From Verrucomicrobiota bacterium (lineage in GTDB: Bacteria > Verrucomicrobiota > Verrucomicrobiia > Limisphaerales > Palsa-1400): a DNA stretch of 64,000 bases. A model generated the notes under the pieces. It searched no databases. It had not been told where the DNA came from and saw only the letters and a list, made by a program, of their open reading frames with translations. Numbering within the stretch: the stretch's first letter is position 1; each line of letters begins with the position of its first letter. A program made the position numbers and the translations under genes. The stretch spans positions 96,001-160,000 of the forward strand of contig JBEKYR010000003.1 of NCBI GenBank assembly GCA_049510745.1, in the 5' to 3' direction. Shown here piece after piece: positions 20,416 to 30,643 of the stretch.

Positions 20416-20655
20416 ATGAAAGCGAAAATCATCGTCACACCAAAGAAGGCCGTCGTCGATCCGCAAGGCAAAACGGTGCAAAACGCCCTCGAACACATGG
20501 GCTACAAAGGCCTCGGCGCCGTCCACGTCGGCAAATACCTGGAAATCGAGCTGCCCGGCGCGGACAAGGAGGCCTGGCGCCGGCAAATCGACGAGGCCTG
20601 CCTCAAAATCCTGAGCAATCCCGTCATCGAAGATTACCGCTTCGACATCGAGTAA
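20416..20655 (+). CDS. purS: Phosphoribosylformylglycinamidine synthase subunit PurS
   Basis: [25 protein letters not shown]; immediately before purQ. Confidence 0.95.
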   Translation: MKAKIIVTPKKAVVDPQGKTVQNALEHMGYKGLGAVHVGKYLEIELPGADKEAWRRQIDEACLKILSNPVIEDYRFDIE

Positions 20656-20656
20656 A

Positions 20657-21367
20657 ATGAATTTCGCCGTCCTTCAATTTCCCGCCTCCAATTGCGACCA
20701 GGACGCCCTCCACGCCGTCAAGGACGTGCTCGGCCACTCCGCCCGGCTGGTCTGGCACAAGGAGAATTCGCTGGCAGGCTTTGACGCCGTCATCATCCCC
20801 GGCGGCTTCAGCTACGGAGATTATTTGCGGACGGGGGCGATTGCCCGGTTCAGCCCGATCATGCAGGCGGTGCAGAGCTTTGCCGCCGAGGGCGGGCTGG
20901 TGCTGGGCATCTGCAACGGGTTCCAAATCCTCTGCGAGGCGGGGATGCTGCCCGGCGCGCTCATCCGCAACCGTTCGCTCCAATTCCGCTGCGAACATAT
21001 CTTCCTCAAGACGGTTGCGCCGGAGACGCCGTTCACCGGCAAAATCCCGGCGGGAAAAATCCTCCGGGTCCCCATCGCGCACGGCGAAGGCTGCTACTTC
21101 GCCGACGAAGCGACGCTGGAGAAGCTCAAGAACAACGGCCAGATTCTCTGGCACTATTGCGACGCCCAGGGCGGGTTGACCGAGCCGGCCAATCCAAACG
21201 GCTCGCTTTGGAACATCGCCGGCATCTGCAACGAGACGCGCAACGTGGCGGGGCTGATGCCGCATCCCGAACGCGCCAGCGAAGCGGTTCTTGGCTCCGT
21301 CGATGGACGGCTCATTTTCGAGAGCATGGTCTGTTGGCTGGAAAACCGGATGGCGAAAGCGGCCTGA
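20657..21367 (+). CDS. purQ: Phosphoribosylformylglycinamidine synthase subunit PurQ
   Basis: [32 protein letters not shown]. Confidence 0.97.
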   Translation: MNFAVLQFPASNCDQDALHAVKDVLGHSARLVWHKENSLAGFDAVIIPGGFSYGDYLRTGAIARFSPIMQAVQSFAAEGGLVLGICNGFQILCEAGMLPGALIRNRSLQFRCEHIFLKTVAPETPFTGKIPAGKILRVPIAHGEGCYFADEATLEKLKNNGQILWHYCDAQGGLTEPANPNGSLWNIAGICNETRNVAGLMPHPERASEAVLGSVDGRLIFESMVCWLENRMAKAA

Positions 21368-21375
21368 AACAGGCG

Positions 21376-23718
21376 ATGTCCATGAGCGATCCACAGATCA
21401 CCCCCGAACTGGTCGAGCAGCACAATCTCACGGCCGGGGAATACGGCAAAATCAAAAGCATCCTCGGACGCGAGCCGTCTTACACCGAGTTGGGTATTTT
21501 CTCGGTGATGTGGAGCGAGCATTGCTCCTACAAAAACACCCGCCCGCTCCTCAAAACCCTGCCCACCCAATCGCCCCGCATCCTCGTCGGCGCGGGCGAG
21601 GAGAACGCCGGGATTGTCGATATCGGCGACGGCCTGGCGATCGCGTTCAAGATCGAATCGCACAACCACCCCAGCGCCGTCGAACCGTTCCAGGGGGCGG
21701 CCACGGGCGTCGGCGGCATCATCCGCGACATTTTCACCATGGGCGCGCGGCCCGTCTGCGCGGTCAATTCCCTGCGCTTCGGCCCCATCGGCCCGGAAGG
21801 CGTCAACGGCGGCGCGGCCCACAACCGCCGGCTTTTCGCCGGCGTGGTCGGCGGCATCGCCCATTACGGCAATTGCTTCGGCATCCCGACCGTGGCGGGC
21901 GAAGTTTATTTTGACAAGTGTTACGAAGGCAATCCGCTGGTCAACGCCTTCTGCCTGGGCGTCCTGCGCCACGAACAGATCGCCCGCGGCGCGGCCAAGG
22001 GAGTGGGCAACCCGGTCTTTTACGTCGGCCCCGCCACCGGGCGCGACGGCCTGGCCGGGGCGGCCTTTGCCTCGCGGGATTTGACCGAGGAATCGTCCGA
22101 CCAGCAACGCGGCGCGGTGCAGGTCGGCGACCCCTTCATGGAAAAACTGGTCTGCGAAGCCTGCCTGGAACTGCTCGCCACCGACGCCGTCGCCGGCATC
22201 CAGGACATGGGCGCGGCCGGCTTGACCTGCTCGACGTGCGAAACCGCCGCCCGCGCCGGCACCGGCATCGAGATCGAACTGGCGCTGGTGCCGCAACGGG
22301 TCCCGAACATGACCCCTTACGAGATCATGCTCAGCGAGTCGCAGGAGCGCATGTTGATCATCGTCCGGGCGGGGCGCGAAGACGAAGTCAAACGCATTTT
22401 TGACAAATGGGACTTGCCCTCCGCCCGCATCGGGCAGGTGACGGACACGGGGCGCATGATTGTCAAATATAACGGCAAAGTCGTGGCCGACATCCCGGCG
22501 AAAAAACTGGCCGACGAAGCGCCCGTTTACCAGCGCGAGGCCCGCGAACCGGCCTATTTGCAGGCCGTCCGCGCCTTTTCGCCCGACTCCCTCCCGCCGC
22601 CGGGCGACCCCGTCGAGGCGCTCCGGCGGCTCCTGGCCTGGCCGACCATCGCCTCCAAGAACTGGGTTTACCGCCAATACGACCACATGGTGCGGGACGG
22701 ATCGGCCGTCTGTCCGGGCTCGGACGCGGCCGTGATCCGGCTCAAGGCCGATTCGCTGCCGGAAACGGGCGGGGCGAACGCGCCAGCCGTGAGCGACAAA
22801 TACCTCGCCCTGACGGTCGATTGCAACGCGGCCTACGTCTATCTGGACCCGTACGAAGGGGCCAAGATCGCGGTCGCGGAAGCGGCCCGCAACCTGGCCT
22901 GTTCCGGCGCGGCGCCGCTGGGCGCGACGGACAACCTCAATTTTGGCAACCCGCACAACCCGGAACTTTTCTGGCAATTAAAGGAATCGGTGCGCGGCCT
23001 GGCCGACGCCTGCTGCGCCTTGGACGCGCCCATCACCGGCGGCAATTGCAGTCTCTACAACCAAAGCCCCAACGGCCCGATCGATCCGACGCCGACGGTG
23101 GCGCTGGTGGGCTTGATCGAGAAACCGGAGCACATCACCACGCAATGGTTCAAGAACGAGGGCGACGCGATTGTGCTGCTGGGCGACGCGGTGGATTTGG
23201 ACGACCCGTTGCGCGGCCTGGGCGGGTCGGCGTGGCTGCAATGCCTGCACGGCTTGAAAACCGGCGCGCCGCCGCGCTGCGATTTGGAAAAGGAACGCCG
23301 CCTGCACACCACCTTGCGCGGCTTCATTCACTGCGGCCTGATCCGGAGCGCGCATGATTGCAGCGAAGGCGGTTTGGCGGTGGCGCTGGCGGAAAGCTGC
23401 ATCTCGCAGCAAATCGCCCGCGACACCCCGCGCCTGATCGGCGCGCAAATCGATTTGTCTTTCGCCGTCGCGGAAACCACGCGGGTGGACGCGCTGCTTT
23501 TCGGCGAAAGCCAAAGCCGGGTCATTATATCCGTCGCGCCGGCGGACGTGGTCAAAGTGGTGGAGCGGGCGAAAATCATGGGCGTGAGCGCCGCGAGAAT
23601 CGGGACCGTTGGCGGCGGCGAATTGTCCGTGAAACTGGGCGCCTTGGAAGTGAAATGGCCGGTGACGGACCTGCACGATTTATGGTGGAACGCCCTGGCG
23701 CGGGCGATGTCCGCGTAA
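21376..23718 (+). CDS. purL: Phosphoribosylformylglycinamidine synthase subunit PurL
   Basis: [49 protein letters not shown]; start 21376 or 21382. Confidence 0.97.
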   Translation: MSMSDPQITPELVEQHNLTAGEYGKIKSILGREPSYTELGIFSVMWSEHCSYKNTRPLLKTLPTQSPRILVGAGEENAGIVDIGDGLAIAFKIESHNHPSAVEPFQGAATGVGGIIRDIFTMGARPVCAVNSLRFGPIGPEGVNGGAAHNRRLFAGVVGGIAHYGNCFGIPTVAGEVYFDKCYEGNPLVNAFCLGVLRHEQIARGAAKGVGNPVFYVGPATGRDGLAGAAFASRDLTEESSDQQRGAVQVGDPFMEKLVCEACLELLATDAVAGIQDMGAAGLTCSTCETAARAGTGIEIELALVPQRVPNMTPYEIMLSESQERMLIIVRAGREDEVKRIFDKWDLPSARIGQVTDTGRMIVKYNGKVVADIPAKKLADEAPVYQREAREPAYLQAVRAFSPDSLPPPGDPVEALRRLLAWPTIASKNWVYRQYDHMVRDGSAVCPGSDAAVIRLKADSLPETGGANAPAVSDKYLALTVDCNAAYVYLDPYEGAKIAVAEAARNLACSGAAPLGATDNLNFGNPHNPELFWQLKESVRGLADACCALDAPITGGNCSLYNQSPNGPIDPTPTVALVGLIEKPEHITTQWFKNEGDAIVLLGDAVDLDDPLRGLGGSAWLQCLHGLKTGAPPRCDLEKERRLHTTLRGFIHCGLIRSAHDCSEGGLAVALAESCISQQIARDTPRLIGAQIDLSFAVAETTRVDALLFGESQSRVIISVAPADVVKVVERAKIMGVSAARIGTVGGGELSVKLGALEVKWPVTDLHDLWWNALARAMSA

Positions 23719-23768
23719 CGCCAAGTTCGTGCTTCGTCAATCGAGACACCGGATAATTGCGAGGTGAA

Positions 23769-24242
23769 TCAGGACGCGCGCCGTTGTCGATCCCGCTCCA
23801 ACGCGGCATCCAAGAGACCGGCCGATACAAAACAGTTTGTCCGCCGGAGTTTGGTGATGGTCGTCGGCAGGTCGATCAATTTCAATTCCGACATTCTTTC
23901 CAATACGCCGATTGTGCCGATGACGGTCAATCCAAGCCGTCGAGCGGCGGCGCGGCCATCCAGGTCATCCATCAATACGGCGGATGCGTTTGCCTGCAAG
24001 GCCAATTGCAAGGCCGCCGCCTCTCCCTTATGCAAACCGTTCACCTCGTGCGACCGAAGCACCGGTTCAGTTCTCAGCCAGGATGGCGATTTCGTTATCC
24101 AATTCTTGACTGTTTGGGGAGTGAAACGGTGCAGCAATTCATCGCGCACTTCGGGCGGAATCAAGACGACTTCAAACAGTTTTGGGAGCGCGTCCGCGCA
24201 GTCAATGAGGATGAGATAATGAATCGGGCCGGCATCGGCCAC
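23769..24242 (-). CDS. DUF3368 PIN-domain toxin (VapC-like)
   Basis: VADAGPIHYL, IPPEVRDEL, LHKGEAAALQLA, LMDDLDGRAAA, GTIGVL; GTG start assumed. Confidence 0.85.
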   Translation of the reverse strand: MADAGPIHYLILIDCADALPKLFEVVLIPPEVRDELLHRFTPQTVKNWITKSPSWLRTEPVLRSHEVNGLHKGEAAALQLALQANASAVLMDDLDGRAAARRLGLTVIGTIGVLERMSELKLIDLPTTITKLRRTNCFVSAGLLDAALERDRQRRAS

Positions 24243-24255
24243 AATGGCGCGCCGC

Positions 24256-24525
24256 TCATCTGCTTGTGAGCCGCCGTATGATGGCAAGGTCATCGGCAAA
24301 TTCCTCGGGTTCCCCTGCCCGATGGGCGCGCGCTTCCTGCAAAAAGGCATCCGTTTGCCAGCGGTCCAACCCGAGCATTTCACCGGCTTGAGCGTGGCTG
24401 ATCCTCCCTGCCCGATAGGCATCGCTTACCAACGACTCAAATGCCCGTCGCGGCAACTCGGACGGACCGCCCCCCAACGCCTTCACCAACTCATCCGGCA
24501 GTGAGATTTCAATTGTTGCGGCCAT
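24256..24525 (-). CDS. UPF0175-family antitoxin
   Basis: YRAGRISHAQAGEMLGLDRW...FL motif; directly upstream of DUF3368 gene. Confidence 0.85.
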   Translation of the reverse strand: MAATIEISLPDELVKALGGGPSELPRRAFESLVSDAYRAGRISHAQAGEMLGLDRWQTDAFLQEARAHRAGEPEEFADDLAIIRRLTSR

Positions 24526-24664
24526 ACTTTAACTTTCTAAAAGCAGCGTACCACATCGCGGCAGAGCCGCAATCAAAAGAATTGAAGGCAGATTTCATCA
24601 TCAACAAGCTGACCTCGGCATGGTCGCGCGACCGTTTTCCCGGATGTCACCGGGCGCTCCAGGC

Positions 24665-24796
24665 TCAACCCGCTTTCTTTCGGTGCTCGATGATTTCGAC
24701 GAAGGCGCGCAGAGAACGGTTGACCGCCTGGGCGCTGGGAAACGCTTTGGCCACGTCCGGTTCCAGAACCACCACGTTGGTGCCTTTCCTCATCAT
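24665..24796 (-). pseudogene. Truncated antitoxin-like ORF (GTNVVVLEPDVAKAFP...AVNRSLR)
   Basis: Resembles the C-terminal half of small BrnT-associated antitoxins; expected N-terminal part and toxin gene not seen. Confidence 0.45.
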
Positions 24797-24918
24797 TCCC
24801 TCGTTCTCTTCGGTAATCTCGGCGAATCGACTGGCTCTTATCGGATTGAAGCATCGCAGTCCAACTAGACCCAAAAAGCCCATATTTCCAAAGCTTTCCG
24901 GACGTTTTGACGGTTCAG

Positions 24919-25524
24919 TCAGGGAAACATTGCACGCATGATTGGTTCAACCGTTTTCCATATTTCAATCGCACTTGCCGAAGTCTGAATGAGTGTCGGA
25001 AAACCCGCCAACAATCTCTTTACGACAGATGATTTTCTCTTGCCTTCTGGGGCTGTTGCCTCCGTGGCCACCGTGCTGAGGATTTCAATTGCCTCATTCT
25101 TTTTTTCCGCTGGCAATTCAGAATCGGCTATTGCGCTCGCCAATTTTAAGATGGCACCCGCGACGTCTTGAGTCTGTGGATTGGCCTTCAATGCCGTAAT
25201 GGCAGAGTCCACAATTTCAAGATTTCCCGTGTTCAAGACTCCGACAGAACTATCTTTGACAGTGATATTATTGAGCGTCATGGGACCTCCTTGAATTATT
25301 CTGACTTGGCGTTGTGGATAACGTGGCAGACTTCCGTGGGACAATCCACTAACGGCCTCCATTTCTGAAGCAGCGAAATTCATGTCGCGTTCAAGTTGGT
25401 CAGATTGAATGGCGGACATTTGCGCATGCTTCACGTTGCAATCTAGGCACAAGGGAAACTCATTGCCTTCGGGACCAACTAAATACATCGCCGGCTTATC
25501 GCAGTTGTGACACTTGGTCGCCAT
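24919..25524 (-). CDS. Hypothetical protein: N-terminal CxxC...CxxC zinc finger, low-complexity linker, C-terminal helical domain
   Basis: MATKCHNCDK...LCLDCN; lower GC than flanks; co-oriented with the Mrr gene. Confidence 0.7.
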   Translation of the reverse strand: MATKCHNCDKPAMYLVGPEGNEFPLCLDCNVKHAQMSAIQSDQLERDMNFAASEMEAVSGLSHGSLPRYPQRQVRIIQGGPMTLNNITVKDSSVGVLNTGNLEIVDSAITALKANPQTQDVAGAILKLASAIADSELPAEKKNEAIEILSTVATEATAPEGKRKSSVVKRLLAGFPTLIQTSASAIEIWKTVEPIMRAMFP

Positions 25525-25582
25525 ACCGCGACGATGTTCGGGCAAAAGGGCTGAGTTGACAATCACAAAATTCCAAGTGGAT

Positions 25583-26563
25583 TCATTTATTGCGTGTTCC
25601 GAGATACGGCTTAGTGCCCCGGCACCTCGGATAGTTTTTGCACCCCCAGAACTTTCCTCGGTATCCGTGTCGAAGGCGCATTGCCTCGCCACATTTGTCG
25701 CAATAGGGAACATCTGAAAGTGCCTTGAAACTTAGGTCGTCTCCCGAAAGGTCATTTTTCAGTTCGTGGCCGTTTCGACACCGTTTTGAATCCACCGTGT
25801 TTTTTAGGTCAAAAACAACAACGTCCCCGCATTCTGGACACATCAACCGATATTCTTGTGCGTCTGGGCCAGTCGGAAAGGCACGCATCATCAATGCAGC
25901 GAGTTTCGGCCCGTCAATCAATTCGATACTATTTTCCTCTGCAAATTTCATTGCGGTCGCCGCGAATTCGCTTGTCGTGACAAAGATGCCCGAATCTGCC
26001 TTCATTGTCTTAATTGCCGCGTAGAATTTTTGGAGCGCTGGGCGTCCGATCGGTTTGTCCCTTGCGTAACGTTTACACTCAACAAAAATGGTTTTTCCGT
26101 TTCGACTCAAAATTAAATCTCTGCCAAAATCATTGCTCATGGGAGTCTGTTTCACGGAGTAGCCCATTTGCCGATACATTTTTGCAACAATTCCCTCAAA
26201 TTCTCCAGGTGTAAAATTGAGCAGAAAATCAATCTTGTGCGTCCTAAGTTTTGTCAGTCGTGCAAGCTCTTCATTCCTCAAGCGACCCGCTTCCGCCATA
26301 ATTCCCTTGATTTTCTTTGCGTGCTCCCAATTCTCCTGTTCCTGCCGAAGCCTTTCTGCCTCTTCTTGCTTACAGCGTTCGCATCTGAGGCGGGTTTTGC
26401 CACCTTTGATCCCGTGTTGACACAACTCGACATCCAATTTGCGCTCATGGAATTTGGCCTGACCCGAACTGATTACGGCCCTGACGGCAGAAAGCAAAAT
26501 TAAGAAGCACCAAAAGCCACCCAATACCAGACAAAATCGTGCGTTGTCAGACAGCGCCATCAT
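25583..26563 (-). CDS. Mrr-family (type IV) restriction endonuclease with N-terminal TM helix and C-terminal zinc ribbons
   Basis: FEGIVAKMYRQMGY, NDFGRDLIL, FVECKRY, GIFVTTSEF, IELIDG; CPECG...CRNGH and CDKCG...FWGCKNYPRC (topoisomerase-type Zn ribbon). Confidence 0.88.
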   Translation of the reverse strand: MMALSDNARFCLVLGGFWCFLILLSAVRAVISSGQAKFHERKLDVELCQHGIKGGKTRLRCERCKQEEAERLRQEQENWEHAKKIKGIMAEAGRLRNEELARLTKLRTHKIDFLLNFTPGEFEGIVAKMYRQMGYSVKQTPMSNDFGRDLILSRNGKTIFVECKRYARDKPIGRPALQKFYAAIKTMKADSGIFVTTSEFAATAMKFAEENSIELIDGPKLAALMMRAFPTGPDAQEYRLMCPECGDVVVFDLKNTVDSKRCRNGHELKNDLSGDDLSFKALSDVPYCDKCGEAMRLRHGYRGKFWGCKNYPRCRGTKPYLGTRNK

Positions 26564-26815
26564 TCTCCGGGAACATATACGTTCTCGAAGAGAGAAAAGC
26601 AACTGCCGCAAAAGCCGGTGAGAGTCGTCATTTCAATAATCGAAACAATTGACTTTGGCCGTAACCGGCGATTTTACCGCTATGGCGGATGAGACGGCGG
26701 ACAGGCGGAAAGAGGATTATGATTAAGAGCAGGATTAGGAAATGAAAGAGGCTCGCGCGGCGGGTTGATATTGCGGATTGTTTCCGGGGCGGGTTGGCGG
26801 TAAGGTGGGAAGAGC

Positions 26816-27283
26816 ATGGCGTTGGTGCGAATACTTGTCGATGGTTACAGCCTCCTGCATCAGTGGCCGGAATTGGCGCCGGGCCGGCCGCGCCATTCGG
26901 CGGAGGCGCGCGACGAACTGATCCGGACTCTCATGTTGTATCAGGATGCCACGGGCACGCCCATGACCGTTGTCTTTGACGGCGCCGGCAAGGCCGCCGC
27001 CACAGCCTTCCCGTCCACGCCGGAGCTGGAAATCCTTTATTCCCGCGGCGGCCAGACGGCCGACCAGATCATCGAGCGCGTCGCCGCGCGGATGCAGGAA
27101 ATTGGCGAGGTGCTGGCCGTGACCGACGATTACGCCGAGCGCGACACGGTGTTTTTCCACGGCGGCATGGCCTCCAGTTGCGCCAATTTCATCGAAACGG
27201 TCGAACGGACGCTGCGCGAACAGGAGCGCGACATTTTTCATCATAACCGCCGCCAGCGCGCGGCCTTCAAAGCACCGCGCTGA
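26816..27283 (+). CDS. NYN-domain (YacP/Rae1-like) RNase
   Basis: ILVDGYSLL, VVFDG, TADQIIER, AVTDD. Confidence 0.85.
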   Translation: MALVRILVDGYSLLHQWPELAPGRPRHSAEARDELIRTLMLYQDATGTPMTVVFDGAGKAAATAFPSTPELEILYSRGGQTADQIIERVAARMQEIGEVLAVTDDYAERDTVFFHGGMASSCANFIETVERTLREQERDIFHHNRRQRAAFKAPR

Positions 27284-27291
27284 ATCCGCCC

Positions 27292-28593
27292 ATGAAACAA
27301 GCCGCCCTTTTGAGTTGGTTTTTCCGCGCCGCCCGCCTCTGTCTGGCGGCGGCAACGGCCCTGGCCGCCGCGCCGGGCCGCGCGGAGGACGCTCCGCCAA
27401 AACAGGCCCGGATGGAGAACCGGTTTCTCTTCGTCATCGAAACTTCCTCGTCCATGAAAAGCCGCACCAACGGCGTGGAGGAGGCGGTGTTGGGGCTGCT
27501 CAAATCCGGCCTGCAAGGAGAGGCGCGCAAGGGAGACACCCTGGGGCTGTGGTCTTACCGCGACCAGCTTCATCCCGAATTTCCCATGCAGGTCTGGTCG
27601 GAGCAGAACAAAGGAGAGATCGCCGAGACCGTGCAGCGCTTCCTGCGCCACCTCCGCTATGAAAAATCGGCGCGCCTGGACAAAGTCTGGCCCGCCGTGC
27701 GGCAGGTCCTGGGGAAATCGGAACGGCTGACGGTGATATTTATATATGACGGAGAGGAAACGCTGCGCGGAACCCCCTTCGACGAGGACATCAACGATCT
27801 CCAGAAGCAGTATCGCCGGGAATTTCGCGCCGCGCATCTGCCGTTGGTCACGGTTCTCGCCGCCCGCGACGGCCAGTTCTTCGATTACACCATCAATTAT
27901 CCCGGCTCCATCACCGTGCCGCATACCGCCGACCCGCTGCCGCCGCCGGAAACCAATGCGCCTCCGGTCGCGGCAGCCCCTTCGACTCCGGCGCCGTCCG
28001 CGACCAACGCGCCGGTCGAGCCAAAGCCGCCGCGCAGGATTGAGATTGTGATGAAAGGCCCGGCCGCCGCCGCTCCCGCTCCCGCCCCAGCCGCCGCCGC
28101 TCCCGCTCCCGCTCCGGCGGCTGCCCCGCCTGCCGCGCCGGTTCCGCCCGCCGCCGTCAGCAACCAAGTCGTTCCGGTGACGCCGCCTCCGTCCGGCCTG
28201 GCCAAGCCTTCCGAACCCCTGCCGCCGGCGGCCCCGCCGCCGCAGCCTGTCGCGCCGGTCGCGCCTGTCGCGGTTCAAATCACAAATAACGCGGCCACCC
28301 CGGCGCCGTCCGCCGCTCCGCCGGCCCCGCCCGCGCGTCCGGCGCCGCCACCCATCGTGGCGATGGCGCCCGCGCCCGCGCCGGCTGCCCCCGTCAGCCA
28401 GCCCAAGCCGCCCGCCGCGCGGCCGGGTCCCATGCCGGTGGCCGTCGCCTCGACCGGCCAGCAAGCGGCGCTGTTTGTCATTGCGTTTTCATTATTGACA
28501 ATTGCGGCGGTGCTGGTCATTTTCCTGCTGCGCCGCTCCCGCGCCCGGCCGCATTCGAGCTTGATCTCGCAATCCATCGACCGCTCGCGGTGA
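27292..28593 (+). CDS. Exported vWA-like domain + Pro/Ala-rich stalk + C-terminal TM anchor
   Basis: Signal peptide; FLFVIETSSSM MIDAS-like motif, IFIYDG; long P/A linker; TM followed by RRSR tail. Confidence 0.65.
   Translation: MKQAALLSWFFRAARLCLAAATALAAAPGRAEDAPPKQARMENRFLFVIETSSSMKSRTNGVEEAVLGLLKSGLQGEARKGDTLGLWSYRDQLHPEFPMQVWSEQNKGEIAETVQRFLRHLRYEKSARLDKVWPAVRQVLGKSERLTVIFIYDGEETLRGTPFDEDINDLQKQYRREFRAAHLPLVTVLAARDGQFFDYTINYPGSITVPHTADPLPPPETNAPPVAAAPSTPAPSATNAPVEPKPPRRIEIVMKGPAAAAPAPAPAAAAPAPAPAAAPPAAPVPPAAVSNQVVPVTPPPSGLAKPSEPLPPAAPPPQPVAPVAPVAVQITNNAATPAPSAAPPAPPARPAPPPIVAMAPAPAPAAPVSQPKPPAARPGPMPVAVASTGQQAALFVIAFSLLTIAAVLVIFLLRRSRARPHSSLISQSIDRSR
28063..28116 (+). repeat. 27-bp tandem duplication encoding AAAAPAPAP x2
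   Basis: gccgccgccgctcccgctcccgcccca / gccgccgccgctcccgctcccgctccg. Confidence 0.8.
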
Positions 28594-28609
28594 GGGCCGA
28601 TGTCCAACC

Positions 28610-29704
28610 GTGAATCCTGCCATGCCAGCCCTCAACCCCGCGTCCCTCATCCGCCCGCTGGTGCGGCGCCTGCGTCCGTACGTGCCCGGCGAGCAGCCGA
28701 AAATCCGGGGCCTGACCAAGCTGAACACCAACGAGAACCCGTATCCGCCCTCCCCAAAAGTCCTGGCGGCGGTGAAGGCGGCGGTGGACGGGCGGTTGCG
28801 GCTTTACCCCAATCCCACGGCGGAGGCCTTGCGCGGGAAGCTGGCCGGACTTCATCGCTGCGCGCCGGAAAATATAATTGTTGGCAACGGCTCGGATGAG
28901 TTGCTGGCCCTGGCCACTCGCGCGTTTGTCGAGCCGGGGGGGGCCGTCCAGTTTTTCGCGCCGGGCTATTCTCTCTATCCGGTGCTGGCGGAAATCCACG
29001 GCGCCCGCGGCCGGGCGGTTCCCCTGGCCGAAGGCTTCGCCCTTCCCGGCCTGGCGCGGCTCAAAAAGGAAGGCCTGTGGGAGGCGCGGGCGGCGCTGAC
29101 CTTCGTCACGACCCCCAACGCTCCCACCGGGCGCGGTTACGCCACGCGGGAATTGGACGCCCTCTGCCGCGCGCACCGGGGCGTGGTGATTTTGGACGAG
29201 GCTTACGCCGATTTCGCGCGGGAAAACGCGCTCTCGCTCGCCTTGAAGTTTCCGCACGTCATTGTCGCGCGCACCTTTTCCAAGGGCTATTCCCTCTGTT
29301 TTCAGCGCGTGGGCTATTTTGTCGGGCCGGCCGCGTTGATTGAGGCGCTGCAAAAAATCCGGGACAGTTACAACGTCAACGGCCTGGGCCAGATCGCGGC
29401 CCTGGCCACGTTGGAGGACTTGCCCTATTACCGGCGGAATTTCAGACGCATCATCGCCACGCGCGAGCGGCTCTCCGTCGAACTGCGCGCGCTGGGCTTC
29501 GTCGTCCCGCCCAGCCAGGCCAACTTCATTTTCGCCCGCCCGCCCCAATTCCCCGCGCAGGAGTGGCTGGAAAAACTGCGCCAGAAACGGGTGCTGGTGC
29601 GATGGTTCAAAGACCCCGCCACGCGGGATTTCCTGCGCATCACCATCGGGACGGAGGCGGAGGCGGACACCTTGTTGCGGGCCGTCCGCGGAATCATTCC
29701 TTAA
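28610..29704 (+). CDS. hisC: Histidinol-phosphate aminotransferase
   Basis: YVPGEQP, KLNTNENPYPP, GNGSDE, PNAPTG, DEAYADF, RTFSKGYSL, LRITIG. Confidence 0.93.
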   Translation: MNPAMPALNPASLIRPLVRRLRPYVPGEQPKIRGLTKLNTNENPYPPSPKVLAAVKAAVDGRLRLYPNPTAEALRGKLAGLHRCAPENIIVGNGSDELLALATRAFVEPGGAVQFFAPGYSLYPVLAEIHGARGRAVPLAEGFALPGLARLKKEGLWEARAALTFVTTPNAPTGRGYATRELDALCRAHRGVVILDEAYADFARENALSLALKFPHVIVARTFSKGYSLCFQRVGYFVGPAALIEALQKIRDSYNVNGLGQIAALATLEDLPYYRRNFRRIIATRERLSVELRALGFVVPPSQANFIFARPPQFPAQEWLEKLRQKRVLVRWFKDPATRDFLRITIGTEAEADTLLRAVRGIIP

Positions 29705-29760
29705 AATCCCGTTCTTTCGGCTGGCGAGATGAAGACCGGCTTGAGGCGTTGCCGCCCCGA

Positions 29761-30642
29761 TCAAAACTTGAATTCCACCCCTTCCCGCGCCGCGCAGATC
29801 ACCCCCGGCGCGCCGTGGCGGGCGGCCCGCTGCCGGCAGGCCTGCACCATCTGGTCAATGGCGCGGTCGGTGCTTTCCGGGTCGTGATGGAACAGGGCGA
29901 GCGTTTTCACCTTGGCCCGCGTGGCCAGGTCGGTGACCGAGAAACAGCACGAGTGCCCCCACTTTATTTTCGTTGCGTACTCTTTTTCATCGTACTGCGC
30001 GTCCATGATCAGTAAATCCGCGTCCTGCGCCACTTCCACCAGGGCCGCCGGGACCCGCCGTGGCGGGCCGGCGTCTTCCAGATCGGGAAACAGGTCACCC
30101 GGCTCGATCTCCAGTTCGTTGTCCGTGGCATAGACGATTTTGCGCCCGTCCTTTTCAAAGGAAAAGCCGTGGCATCCACCGGGATGGTTGAGGGCGAAGC
30201 TCCGCACGCGCACGCCGTCGATCTCCCTTTGGCCGTTCTCGAAGTAATCGGCGGCGATGGTGGCGCCGACTTCTTTGAACGAGACGGGAAAATAATCCGA
30301 ACTCATCTGGCCGGAGAGCAGTTGGTAGGTGCTGTTGTCGTTGGTTTGCCGGCCATAGACGTGAATGGGCATGGTCTTGAGATAGACCGGGGCGAAAAAG
30401 GGGAAGCCCTGGATGTGGTCCCAATGGGTATGCGTAATGAGCAGATGCAGTTCCTTGGGCGGCGGCTGGCGGGTGAGCAAATCCTTCCCCAATTCCCGAA
30501 TCCCCGACCCGGCGTCGCAGACAAAGACCGTCTGGTCGAAGCGGACTTCCACGCAGGAGGTGTTGCCGCCATAGACGCGCGTCCAACTGGCCGGGGTGGG
30601 GATGGCTCCCCGCGTTCCCCAAAACTTGACGAAGGCGGCCAT
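29761..30642 (-). CDS. MBL-fold metallo-hydrolase (RNase Z / cyclic-nucleotide phosphodiesterase-like)
   Basis: FWGTRG, YGGNTSCV, DAGSG, THTHWDHIQG, NHPG, ATDNE, WGHS, LFHHDP. Confidence 0.9.
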   Translation of the reverse strand: MAAFVKFWGTRGAIPTPASWTRVYGGNTSCVEVRFDQTVFVCDAGSGIRELGKDLLTRQPPPKELHLLITHTHWDHIQGFPFFAPVYLKTMPIHVYGRQTNDNSTYQLLSGQMSSDYFPVSFKEVGATIAADYFENGQREIDGVRVRSFALNHPGGCHGFSFEKDGRKIVYATDNELEIEPGDLFPDLEDAGPPRRVPAALVEVAQDADLLIMDAQYDEKEYATKIKWGHSCCFSVTDLATRAKVKTLALFHHDPESTDRAIDQMVQACRQRAARHGAPGVICAAREGVEFKF

Positions 30643-30643
30643 T

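Noticed and set aside
24555..24578. atcgcggcagagccgcaatc small hairpin as a REP-like element
   Set aside because: Single copy in the window and too short to support
26715..26738. GATTAT GATTAA GAGCAG GATTAG hexamer run at the islet edge
   Set aside because: Too short and degenerate; no matching att-like repeat found at the other islet end
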